Shown here in pieces: positions 31,619-40,909 of a stretch of 60,016 bases of DNA. Location of the stretch: NCBI GenBank assembly GCA_902477645.1, contig CABSIA010000001.1, positions 1-60,016 of the forward strand, given 5' to 3'. This stretch comes from an uncultured Prevotella sp. GTDB lineage: Bacteria > Bacteroidota > Bacteroidia > Bacteroidales > Bacteroidaceae. The notes below the pieces were generated by a model, which made no database searches, was not told where the DNA came from, and worked only from the letters and a program-made list of their open reading frames with translations. Within the stretch, counting starts at the first letter, position 1. Every line of letters begins with the position of its first letter. Position numbers and translations under genes: made by a program.

Positions 31619-32896
31619 ATGAACAGCAAGACATTAGGCAACATATTCAAAGGCGACAAGGTGATATGGATGGTTTTCTTCTTCCTTTGTGTCATCAGTG
31701 TCATAGAGGTGTTCTCAGCCTCTTCTGAGCTGACATACAAGGGCGGGAACTATATGGCACCAATACTCAAGCACATGGGACTTCTTCTTGTGGGCATAGT
31801 GTGCATGGTGATAACCTTAAACATCAAATGTAAATACTTTAAGATAGCAACCATTATCTTGTTGGTGCTATCGATAATAATGCTGCTTGGAGTGCTGATA
31901 ACAGGAGAATCAACAAACGGCGCACAACGGTGGATTGGGATAATGGGATTTCAATTCCAGCCGTCAGAACTTGCCAAAGGAGCCGTAATATTGGCTACAG
32001 CCCAGATACTAAGTGCCATGCAAACAGAGAATGGAGCCGACAAGAACGCACTAAAGTATATATTGTTTATCTGGTTCCTTATCGTTCCTCTGATTATGGT
32101 TGAGAACCTCTCTACGGCCGTGCTCCTCTCTGCGGTGGTTTTCATTATGATGATTATAGGAAGAGTGCCAGGCAGACAGCTTGGAAAACTATTAGGAATT
32201 TTGGCTCTTGGTGTCGTTTTTATGGTATCACTAATATGGATTACAGGTACCGACCAAAATGAAAAAACAGAAAACAACACTCTCACAGAACAAGTGGCAA
32301 AAAAGGAAGATACTCCAAAAAGCAAAAAGGTTTTACACCGCATGGATACATGGAAGTCGAGAATCAACAAGTTCCTAAACCACAAAGAAGTCGCCCCAGA
32401 AGATGTCGACCTCGATAAAGATGCACAGACAGCTCACGCCAACATTGCCATTGCAACATCAAACGGATATGGCAAAGGCCCAGGAAACTCTGTAGAGAGA
32501 GATTTCCTGTCTCAAGCTTTCAGTGACTTCATATTTGCCATAATAATTGAGGAGATGGGGATAGAAGGCGCCCTGTTTGTCGCTCTGTTATATATAATAC
32601 TGCTGTTCCGCACAGGCAGAATTGCCGGCCGCTGCGAGAACAACTTCCCCGCACTGCTCGCCATGGGGCTTGCATTGCTGCTCGTGACACAGGCTCTGTT
32701 CAACATGTGTGTGGCAGTGGGACTTGCCCCCGTAACAGGACAGCCACTTCCCCTAATAAGCCGGGGAGGAACATCGACAATCATAAATTGTGTATACATA
32801 GGCGCAATTCTCAGCATAAGCCGCTCGGCTAAAAAGAAACAGACACAGGAGACTGCGACGGCAAACAGGACGGCATCAATGGCAATTGCAAAATAA
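31619..32896 (+). CDS. ftsW: SEDS peptidoglycan polymerase FtsW
   Basis: GAQRW, FQPSELAK, SDFIFAIIIEE, PVTGQPLPLISRGG. Confidence 0.95.
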   Translation: MNSKTLGNIFKGDKVIWMVFFFLCVISVIEVFSASSELTYKGGNYMAPILKHMGLLLVGIVCMVITLNIKCKYFKIATIILLVLSIIMLLGVLITGESTNGAQRWIGIMGFQFQPSELAKGAVILATAQILSAMQTENGADKNALKYILFIWFLIVPLIMVENLSTAVLLSAVVFIMMIIGRVPGRQLGKLLGILALGVVFMVSLIWITGTDQNEKTENNTLTEQVAKKEDTPKSKKVLHRMDTWKSRINKFLNHKEVAPEDVDLDKDAQTAHANIAIATSNGYGKGPGNSVERDFLSQAFSDFIFAIIIEEMGIEGALFVALLYIILLFRTGRIAGRCENNFPALLAMGLALLLVTQALFNMCVAVGLAPVTGQPLPLISRGGTSTIINCVYIGAILSISRSAKKKQTQETATANRTASMAIAK

Positions 32897-32964
32897 TCAT
32901 CTGAAAAATAGCCCAGATAGAAAATTTTGATTACTTTTGCAAAAAACATAGCATCAATAAGAAG

Positions 32965-34077
32965 ATGGACAACAGTTTAAGAATTATCATCAGCGGTGGA
33001 GGCACGGGAGGACACATATTCCCTGCCATTTCAATAGCAAATGCTATTAAGGCAAAACACCCAGAAGCAGAAATTCTGTTTGTAGGCGCACAAGGGCGCA
33101 TGGAAATGCAACGTGTGCCGGCAGCAGGCTACGAGATAAAAGGATTGCCAATATGCGGCTTCGACAGAAAACATATTCTGAAAAACATTGCTGTGATATT
33201 CAGGATACTGAAAAGCCAGCACATGGCAAAGAAGATTATCAAAGACTTCAAGCCTATGGCGGCTGTTGGAGTTGGCGGATATGCCAGCGGGCCTACACTC
33301 AACAAATGCGCAGAGATGGGAATACCGTGCCTGATACAGGAACAAAACTCATACGCAGGCGTAACAAACAAACTCTTGGCAAAAAAGGCTGATAAGATTT
33401 GTGTGGCATACGAAGGTATGGAGAGATTTTTTCCAAAAGAAAAAATTATCATGACAGGAAATCCTGTCAGACAAAATGTTTTGGGAAACAGCATGACCAA
33501 AGAGGAGGCACGAAAGACTTTCGGACTTAATCCTGACAAAAAAACAATTCTTGTCGTAGGCGGAAGTCTCGGGGCAAGAACCATAAACGAGAGCATTCTG
33601 AACCACCTTGACATGGTTGAAAGCGCCGATGTGCAGATTATCTGGCAAACCGGAAAATACTACAACAAGTCCATTATGGACACTTTGAGCCAGCATAAGC
33701 CTGTTGAGAACCTGAAGGTCACAGACTTCATTGGCGATATGGGCGCGGCATACAAGGCTGCCGACTTGGTGATAAGCCGTGCCGGAGCAAGCTCAATCAG
33801 CGAGTTCTGCCTCTTGGGAACACCTGTAATTCTTGTGCCAAGCCCGAACGTGGCAGAAGACCACCAGACAAAGAACGCCATGGCACTGGTAAACAAGGAT
33901 GCGGCGCTGTATGTAAAGGATGCAGAGGCACCGCAGATATTGCTCTCTACGGCATTGGCAACCGTAAACGACGACAAGAAGCTCAACAGCTTGAGCGAAA
34001 ACATAAAAAAACTCGGACTGAAAAACTCTGCCGACATAATTGCCGACGAGGTGATAAAACTCGCAACAGGGAAATAG
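32965..34077 (+). CDS. murG: Lipid II GlcNAc transferase
   Basis: GGGTGGHIFP, EQNS, GNPVR, GGSLGA, HQTKNA. Confidence 0.98.
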   Translation: MDNSLRIIISGGGTGGHIFPAISIANAIKAKHPEAEILFVGAQGRMEMQRVPAAGYEIKGLPICGFDRKHILKNIAVIFRILKSQHMAKKIIKDFKPMAAVGVGGYASGPTLNKCAEMGIPCLIQEQNSYAGVTNKLLAKKADKICVAYEGMERFFPKEKIIMTGNPVRQNVLGNSMTKEEARKTFGLNPDKKTILVVGGSLGARTINESILNHLDMVESADVQIIWQTGKYYNKSIMDTLSQHKPVENLKVTDFIGDMGAAYKAADLVISRAGASSISEFCLLGTPVILVPSPNVAEDHQTKNAMALVNKDAALYVKDAEAPQILLSTALATVNDDKKLNSLSENIKKLGLKNSADIIADEVIKLATGK

Positions 34078-34089
34078 AAAGACTAAGAA

Positions 34090-35466
34090 ATGGAAATAAA
34101 AGACATAAAAGCAGCATACTTCATCGGATGCGGCGGAATTGGAATGAGCGCCATTGCAAGATACTTTATGAATAAAGGCATTGTAGTGGCCGGGTACGAC
34201 AAAACACCGTCGAAACTGACAGGGCAGCTCGAAAAAGAGGGCATGCTGATACACTATACAGAAAACACAGATGAGATACCACACGCATGCAAAGACCCGA
34301 AATCGTGTCTCGTAGTCTACACCCCTGCCGTTCCTGCCAACCACAAAGAACTGGCATTCTTCCGTGAAGGCGGATTTGAGATTGAGAAACGCGCTCAGGT
34401 GCTCGGTACTCTGACACGCACACATAAAGGCCTGTGCGTGGCTGGCACACACGGCAAGACCACGACATCGACAATGTGCGCCCATATAATGCACCAGAGC
34501 AGCATTGACTGCAACGCATTCCTCGGCGGCATTTCAAAAAACTATGGCACCAACTACATTCTCTCCGACACAAGCGACTATGTGGTTATCGAAGCCGATG
34601 AGTTCGACCGCTCGTTCCACTGGCTCCGCCCATGGATGAGCGTCATAACAGCAACAGACCCCGACCACCTCGACATTTACGGGACAAAAGAGGCTTATCT
34701 GGAGAGTTTCCGCCACTACACAGAGCTGATACAGCCAGGAGGCGCGCTGATTATCCATAAAGACCTTGAAATGAGACAGAACGTGCAAGAAGGTGTAAAA
34801 GTCTACGAGTACTCACTCGACAAAGGCGATTTCCATGCCGAAAACATACGCATCGACAACGGCACCATCACCTTCGACTTCATCTCGCCAATCGGGAATG
34901 TCAAAGATGTAGAGCTGGGCAACCCCGTGCCAATCAACATCGAGAACGGCGTGGCAGCCATGGCCATGGCGCAATTGAGCGGATGCAACGCCAAGGAGCT
35001 GAAATACGGAATGGCAACCTATCGTGGTGTAGACCGCCGCTTTGATTTCGGCATCAAGAACGACCGGCATGTGCTGATATCCGACTATGCACATCACCCG
35101 AACGAGATTTTCCAAAGCGCACGCAGCATAAAACAGCTGTACAGCAACCGCAAGATAACGGCAATATTCCAGCCGCACCTGTACACCCGCACACGTGACT
35201 TTTACAAGGAATTTGCCGAGGCGCTGAGCCAGCTCGACGAGGTTATCCTCTGCGACATCTATCCTGCGCGCGAGGAGCCGATACCAGGAGTCAGCAGCAA
35301 ACTGATATACGACAATCTGGCTGAAGGCGTGGAAAAGAGCATGGTCAAGAAAGAGGACGTCACCGGACTCGTGAAAAACAGAGATTTCGACGTGCTGGTA
35401 ATCCTCGGAGCCGGCGACTTAGACAACCAAGTACCACAAATTGCTAAAATTATCGAAAACAAATAA
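34090..35466 (+). CDS. murC: UDP-MurNAc:L-Ala ligase
   Basis: GCGGIGMS, GTHGKTTT, EADE, DYAHHP, GAGD. Confidence 0.98.
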   Translation: MEIKDIKAAYFIGCGGIGMSAIARYFMNKGIVVAGYDKTPSKLTGQLEKEGMLIHYTENTDEIPHACKDPKSCLVVYTPAVPANHKELAFFREGGFEIEKRAQVLGTLTRTHKGLCVAGTHGKTTTSTMCAHIMHQSSIDCNAFLGGISKNYGTNYILSDTSDYVVIEADEFDRSFHWLRPWMSVITATDPDHLDIYGTKEAYLESFRHYTELIQPGGALIIHKDLEMRQNVQEGVKVYEYSLDKGDFHAENIRIDNGTITFDFISPIGNVKDVELGNPVPINIENGVAAMAMAQLSGCNAKELKYGMATYRGVDRRFDFGIKNDRHVLISDYAHHPNEIFQSARSIKQLYSNRKITAIFQPHLYTRTRDFYKEFAEALSQLDEVILCDIYPAREEPIPGVSSKLIYDNLAEGVEKSMVKKEDVTGLVKNRDFDVLVILGAGDLDNQVPQIAKIIENK

Positions 35467-36258
35467 ATGCGACTCAACTGGAAAAAAACAGGTATTGTCG
35501 TTCTTGACATAATACTTGGAGCATACATCATTTTGGCCTTCACCGCGTTCAACAAACCCGATGAGGACAGCCGTATATGCACCAAAGTGAACATAAACAT
35601 CCAGGACGAGAGCACAAACGGCTTCATCAACGCCAAAGAGATAAAAAGCCGTTTGGAAAAAGCGCGCATCTATCCTCTGTCGAAAAAAATGGCGAATGTC
35701 AACACCCGCAAAATTGAGGAGACTCTGAAGATGTCGCCATTTGTGAAAACTGCGCAATGCTATAAGACGCAAGACGGGACAGTGTGCATAAACCTTACAC
35801 AGCGCATGCCTATTGTAAGAATAAAGTCTGTGAACGGTGACGACTATTATGTAGACGACAAAAACAGCATAATGCCCAACTCGCATTACACTTCTGACCT
35901 GATAATTGCCACGGGATATATATCACGTGCCTATGCGCAGTCGCATGTGGCATGTCTGGCAAATGCGCTTATGGAAGACGAGCTATGGAAAAACCAGATA
36001 GAGCAGATTAACGTGACACCAGAGAAGGGAATTGAGCTTGTGCCACGTGTCGGCAATCATATTGTCTACATAGGCGAGCTGCCAAAATGTAACGACAAGA
36101 AAAACAGGGCTTCTCAGATAAAGTCGTTTACAGAAAAGAAGTTACGCCGACTGGAGAAATTCTATAAGTACGGACTGTCTCAGGCTGGATGGAACAAATA
36201 TTCGCTTATTAATCTTGAGTTCGACAACCAGATAATATGCAAGAAGAGGCAAGAGTGA
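35467..36258 (+). CDS. ftsQ: Cell division protein FtsQ
   Basis: N-terminal TM, POTRA-like region, position between murC and ftsA. Confidence 0.85.
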   Translation: MRLNWKKTGIVVLDIILGAYIILAFTAFNKPDEDSRICTKVNINIQDESTNGFINAKEIKSRLEKARIYPLSKKMANVNTRKIEETLKMSPFVKTAQCYKTQDGTVCINLTQRMPIVRIKSVNGDDYYVDDKNSIMPNSHYTSDLIIATGYISRAYAQSHVACLANALMEDELWKNQIEQINVTPEKGIELVPRVGNHIVYIGELPKCNDKKNRASQIKSFTEKKLRRLEKFYKYGLSQAGWNKYSLINLEFDNQIICKKRQE

Positions 36259-36330
36259 AGAGACAATTCTAAAGATTAAAGTCTAAAGATTAAAGTTTAA
36301 AGAAACCGAACAGTAAACGAAATATAAGGT

Positions 36331-37770
36331 ATGGCTGAATTTATTGTAGCAATAGAATTGGGGTCGTCAAAGATGACCGGTATAGCAGGAAGAAAAAACC
36401 TTGACGGCAGCATAAATGTTCTTGCTGTTGTTAAGGAGGACTCCACCGACTGCATCAGAAAGGGAGTAGTATATAACATCGACAAGACCGTACAGGGACT
36501 TTCCAACATCATCAAGAAGCTGGAGGCAAGCCAGAAAACAAAAATAAAGCAGGTATATGTTGGCGTTGGCGGACAATCAATCCGTAGCGTAAAGAGCAGC
36601 AACATCAAGACCCTGCCTGTTGAGACCACAGTCTCGCAGGACATGATTAACGAGCTTATGGACGCCAACCGCAACATGACATATCCCGAGCAGGAGATAC
36701 TTGATGCCGTCACACAGGAATACAAGGTCGACTCACAATACCAGATTGACCCTGTAGGCATACAATGCTCACGTCTTGAGGGCAATTTTCTCAACATATT
36801 GTGGAGAAAGACTTTCTACCGCAATCTCAATAAATGTTTCGACAATGCCGGTATAGCAATTGCCGAAATGTATCTTGCGCCTTTAGCCCTATCTGATAGT
36901 GTGCTCACTCCTGCGGAGAAGCGCTCCGGATGTCTTCTTGTCGACCTTGGCGCAGACACCACAACTGTTTCGGTTTACTCCAAGAACATTCTACGTCATC
37001 TTGCCGTTATACCTCTTGGCGGCAACAACATCACAAAAGATATTGCCACACTCCAGATGGAAGAGAGAGACGCAGAGAAGATGAAGCTAAAATACGGCTG
37101 TGCCTTTACCGACAACAACGACATCGACAACTCTAAGAAGTATTCTATCGAAGCTGACAGAAGCGTAGACAGCAGAACTTTTATTGAGATTGTCGAGGCC
37201 CGTGTTGAGGAGATCATCGAGAATGTATGGAATCAGGTGCCAAACGAATATTTAGACAAGCTGCTTGGCGGTATCATAATCACAGGCGGCGGCTCAAATA
37301 TGGACAACATAGAGAAGGCATTCCGCAATGTCACACATGTTGAGAAAATCAGAACAGCTAAGTTCGTCAACATGTCCATCAACTCAAACAACCCCAATAT
37401 AACAGCCCACGACGGAACCATGAACACCGTACTCGGACTGCTTGCCAAGGGCGACATGAACTGTGCGGGAGAGGAACTGTCAAACGACCTCTTTGGAAGC
37501 AACGTTGATATAAGACCAGGCAACAGCCAGACAACAGATACCCATAAGACAAACAGAACTCCCGGAGCAGGCGTAGTGATGACCGAGGCCGAGAAGCAAA
37601 AGGCTGAGGAAGAGCGGCTGAGAAAAGAGAAAGAGGCAGAAGAAGAGGCAAAGCGCAAGCGGGAGGCAGAAGAGAAAGCAGAGCAGCAACGGCGGGAGAA
37701 CGCCCCGATGCGCAAATTCTGGAAAGGTGTAAAGAATTTCCTCAAAAAGGTAACAGAGGAGGAAGAATAA
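36331..37770 (+). CDS. ftsA: Cell division protein FtsA
   Basis: IELGSSK, VDLGADTT, GGNNITKDI, ITGGGS, C-terminal amphipathic helix. Confidence 0.96.
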   Translation: MAEFIVAIELGSSKMTGIAGRKNLDGSINVLAVVKEDSTDCIRKGVVYNIDKTVQGLSNIIKKLEASQKTKIKQVYVGVGGQSIRSVKSSNIKTLPVETTVSQDMINELMDANRNMTYPEQEILDAVTQEYKVDSQYQIDPVGIQCSRLEGNFLNILWRKTFYRNLNKCFDNAGIAIAEMYLAPLALSDSVLTPAEKRSGCLLVDLGADTTTVSVYSKNILRHLAVIPLGGNNITKDIATLQMEERDAEKMKLKYGCAFTDNNDIDNSKKYSIEADRSVDSRTFIEIVEARVEEIIENVWNQVPNEYLDKLLGGIIITGGGSNMDNIEKAFRNVTHVEKIRTAKFVNMSINSNNPNITAHDGTMNTVLGLLAKGDMNCAGEELSNDLFGSNVDIRPGNSQTTDTHKTNRTPGAGVVMTEAEKQKAEEERLRKEKEAEEEAKRKREAEEKAEQQRRENAPMRKFWKGVKNFLKKVTEEEE

Positions 37771-37806
37771 AAACATACATGAACCCATTTAAACTACGAT
37801 AGCAAT

Positions 37807-39129
37807 ATGGCAGACAACAATACAAAACCATCTATCCTCGACTTCGGCGAAGAGGAGAGCGGCAACAGCATAATTAAGGTTATAGGTGTCGGCGGAGGCG
37901 GCGGAAACGCTGTTAACCACATGTACCGCGACGGCATTCACGATGTAACGTTTGTTCTGTGTAACACAGACAATCAGGCGCTCAACGACTCGCCCGTCCC
38001 TGTGCATCTGCAACTTGGAAAAGAGGGACTCGGAGCAGGCAACAAACCTGAAAGGGCACGCCAGGCTGCCGAGGAGACTCTCGACGATATAAAAAACATG
38101 CTCAACGACGGAACCAAGATGGCATTCATCACAGCCGGCATGGGCGGTGGTACCGGTACCGGTGCGGCACCTGTAATAGCCCGTGTCAGCAAGGAGCTGG
38201 GTATTCTCACCGTAGGCATTGTAACCATTCCTTTCAAATTTGAGGGACCTAAAAAAATAGACCAGGCACTCGACGGAGTCGAGGAAATGGCAAAACATGT
38301 AGACGCACTTCTTGTAATCAACAATGAGCGGCTCAGAGAAATATATCCAGACCTTGCTGTACTCGACGCATTCGCCAAGGCAGACGATACCCTGAGCATT
38401 GCCGCAAAGAGCATTGCGGAGATAATAACCGTCCATGGCCTCATCAATCTTGACTTCAACGATGTAAAGACCGTTCTTAAGGACGGCGGCGTAGCCATTA
38501 TGAGTACAGGCTACGGACAAGGCGAAGGCCGGGTAAAGAAAGCCATAGACGATGCTCTCAACTCTCCTTTGCTCAACGACAACGACGTATTCAACTCTAA
38601 GAAAATCCTGCTTTCGATAACCTTCGCAAGCAAGAACAACGAAAATCCGGGACTTACCATGGACGAGATGAACGACGTAAACGACTTCATGGCACAGTTT
38701 GGTGAGGACTTTGAGCTCAAATGGGGGCTCGCCCTCGATCCATGTCTTGACGACAGAGTTAAAGTGACCATTCTTGCCACAGGCTTCGGCATAGAAGACG
38801 TAGACGGAATGAACAACCATGCAAAGAAAAGAACGCAGGAAGAGGCCGATAGAATTGCCGCTGAAGAAGAAAGAGCTGCAGAAAGACTTGACCGGCGCAA
38901 CCGCTACTACAAGGGAAGCTCCAAGACGCAATACAAGAAACGTCCGCACATATATCTTTTCCGCCAGGAAGACCTTGACAACGAAGACGTAATACTTGCC
39001 GTAGAGAACGCTCCCACATACAAGCGCACACGCCAGACACTTGAGTCGATAAGAAACCAGGCAAACGGCATGAGCAGCACCGGCGAGGACAAGAAAGACT
39101 CCGTACAGGGCATCATAAACTTTGCATAG
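37807..39129 (+). CDS. ftsZ: Cell division protein FtsZ
   Basis: GVGGGGGN, GMGGGTGTG tubulin signature, INLDFND. Confidence 0.99.
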   Translation: MADNNTKPSILDFGEEESGNSIIKVIGVGGGGGNAVNHMYRDGIHDVTFVLCNTDNQALNDSPVPVHLQLGKEGLGAGNKPERARQAAEETLDDIKNMLNDGTKMAFITAGMGGGTGTGAAPVIARVSKELGILTVGIVTIPFKFEGPKKIDQALDGVEEMAKHVDALLVINNERLREIYPDLAVLDAFAKADDTLSIAAKSIAEIITVHGLINLDFNDVKTVLKDGGVAIMSTGYGQGEGRVKKAIDDALNSPLLNDNDVFNSKKILLSITFASKNNENPGLTMDEMNDVNDFMAQFGEDFELKWGLALDPCLDDRVKVTILATGFGIEDVDGMNNHAKKRTQEEADRIAAEEERAAERLDRRNRYYKGSSKTQYKKRPHIYLFRQEDLDNEDVILAVENAPTYKRTRQTLESIRNQANGMSSTGEDKKDSVQGIINFA

Positions 39130-39139
39130 CACAGCACTA

Positions 39140-39865
39140 CTAAGAATACAGCGACCGAAGGACCTCGAGCGATTTAAGCCCGGGGAAATTCGGGACATGT
39201 ATTGAATAGAATTTCAACAAGACATCGAGAAAACGGTTTCTCTCTGTTCTCGACATCGCAAAAAGGTGCATATTCTCGTAATTCATTCTTAACAACGTGA
39301 CAATGCGCCGGGCATCATCTGGCAAAACAACATCACCATGCAGAGGCAAATCTACAGTAAAAGTGCCATTGCGCAAATCGAAACAACATCCCTCGCTGTA
39401 GTCCTCAATATTTGGCGAGAAACCCACAAACTTGGCAAGCCTCATCATAAAGACAAGATGAAAATTGGCTGTTGATGTGTTTTTTGCGTCAAGCCATTCC
39501 AGACTGTTTCTTATATATCTGAACAACAGGGTATTCTGCTGCTCATTTTTTGTAACATTATACAGAAATTCCGACAAAAACATCGTCATGCACATTTTCT
39601 GCACATCAGTGTTCAATGTAACATACGGCACGGCTATCGACACCGATCTCAGTGTCTGCACACCCCTGTTCTGACGATAGTCAACCTCAACATCGACAAT
39701 ATTGAGCGGCTGAAACAGCGAGCGGCTGAAACGTGCCTTAGGCGAATTTGAGACAGAGACGCTTACGTCTACCCTCCCCAATTCCTCCGCTAGCAAATCG
39801 ACAATACACTTATTATCGCCGTACCTCACCACTCTGAGCACCAAAGCTTGTGTTTTTATTAACAT
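39140..39865 (-). CDS. recO: DNA repair protein RecO (start taken at MLIKT)
   Basis: ALVLRVVRYGD OB fold, FQPL, FDLRNGTF, LKSLEVL. Confidence 0.9.
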   Translation of the reverse strand: MLIKTQALVLRVVRYGDNKCIVDLLAEELGRVDVSVSVSNSPKARFSRSLFQPLNIVDVEVDYRQNRGVQTLRSVSIAVPYVTLNTDVQKMCMTMFLSEFLYNVTKNEQQNTLLFRYIRNSLEWLDAKNTSTANFHLVFMMRLAKFVGFSPNIEDYSEGCCFDLRNGTFTVDLPLHGDVVLPDDARRIVTLLRMNYENMHLFAMSRTERNRFLDVLLKFYSIHVPNFPGLKSLEVLRSLYS

Positions 39866-39970
39866 AACTGTGCAAAAGTACAAAAAATCAGGCATTTATA
39901 GAAAAATTATTCAGAAAAGTTTGCAGCATTCGGGAAAATGCATTAACTTTGCACCCGCAAATTAAGCGAC

Positions 39971-40042
39971 GGTCCCTTCGTCTATCGGTTAGGACGAGAG
40001 ATTTTCATTCTCTAAAGAGGAGTTCGACTCTCCTAGGGACTA
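39971..40042 (+). tRNA. tRNA-Glu (TTC)
   Basis: GGTCCCT/AGGGACT acceptor stem, AGAGA-TTTTCAT-TCTCT anticodon arm, GTTCGA T loop; promoter TTTG 39920 and TAACTTTG 39944-39951. Confidence 0.97.
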
Positions 40043-40220
40043 CAATCATAATCCGTCATCTGCGCAGTGATGCGCCATTAGAGCAATCCGCAAAGGCGGC
40101 AAGCAAAGAGGAAAGATGCCGGAGGATTTCCACCCAGAAACAAGGGGCTGGACATTCATGAGGGCGGCCCGCAGGGACATAAGACCTTAATTAACAAAAA
40201 CATTTAAATCAACAAAACAA

Positions 40221-40475
40221 ATGGCAAATCACAAATCATCAATTAAGAGAATTCGTCAGACAAAGACAAAGACTCTTCACAACAAGTACTATGCTAAGAC
40301 AATGCGTAACGCTGTACGCAAGCTCCGTGCAATGACTGACAAGGAAGAAGCTGTTAAGCTCTATCCTACAGTACAGAAGATGCTTGACAAGTTGGCTAAG
40401 ACCAACATCATCCACAAGAACAAGGCAGCCAACATCAAGTCAAGCCTCGCCCTTCACATCAACAGCTTGGGCTAA
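40221..40475 (+). CDS. rpsT: 30S ribosomal protein S20
   Basis: [13 protein letters not shown] and IIHKNKAA. Confidence 0.98.
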   Translation: MANHKSSIKRIRQTKTKTLHNKYYAKTMRNAVRKLRAMTDKEEAVKLYPTVQKMLDKLAKTNIIHKNKAANIKSSLALHINSLG

Positions 40476-40511
40476 TCAAGGTTTTTGGCTGTTAATCAGG
40501 CTAAAGATAAA

Positions 40512-40549
40512 CAGGCCGTAAATCGGAAGATTTACGGCCTGATTTTGTT
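40512..40549 (+). terminator. Intrinsic terminator after rpsT
   Basis: CAGGCCGTAAATC-GGAA-GATTTACGGCCTG followed by a T-rich run. Confidence 0.85.
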
Positions 40550-40620
40550 TATTATAACACCCATTCGGAAAAACAATATCACAAAATTTCTACCGAGTCC
40601 CCCATTTTCGCATATTTCAC

Positions 40621-40707
40621 AGCAAGCGGCAGCGGTGGACAACGAAGCCGCTTGCTATGGACAACGAAGCCGCTTTCAAGTGCCATTGAAAGCGGCTTCG
40701 TTTTTTC
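40621..40707. repeat. REP-like palindromic cluster, same family as 13556-13640
   Basis: TGGACAACGAAGCCGCTT twice (40636, 40658); perfect 17-bp stem 40663-40679 / 40686-40702. Confidence 0.75.
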
Positions 40708-40909
40708 GGAATAAACACAGCGAAAATCTGCAATGAAAATATTTCTCCAATCCGTTTTTTTTTATTATCTTTGCACTCTATAAATGCAAAGGTGGGTTAT
40801 ATAAATTACCACCGTGGAAACATGTTAACAAAAAGGACTCGCCCCGACATCTTCCGGCTTTGCCGCCAATGCCAACAAGGGCTAATTTATAGAGTCCGCC
40901 AGAAACGAA

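Noticed and set aside
36268..36302. 14-bp duplication TCTAAAGATTAAAG between ftsQ and ftsA
   Set aside because: Short AT-rich slippage repeat with no supporting context.
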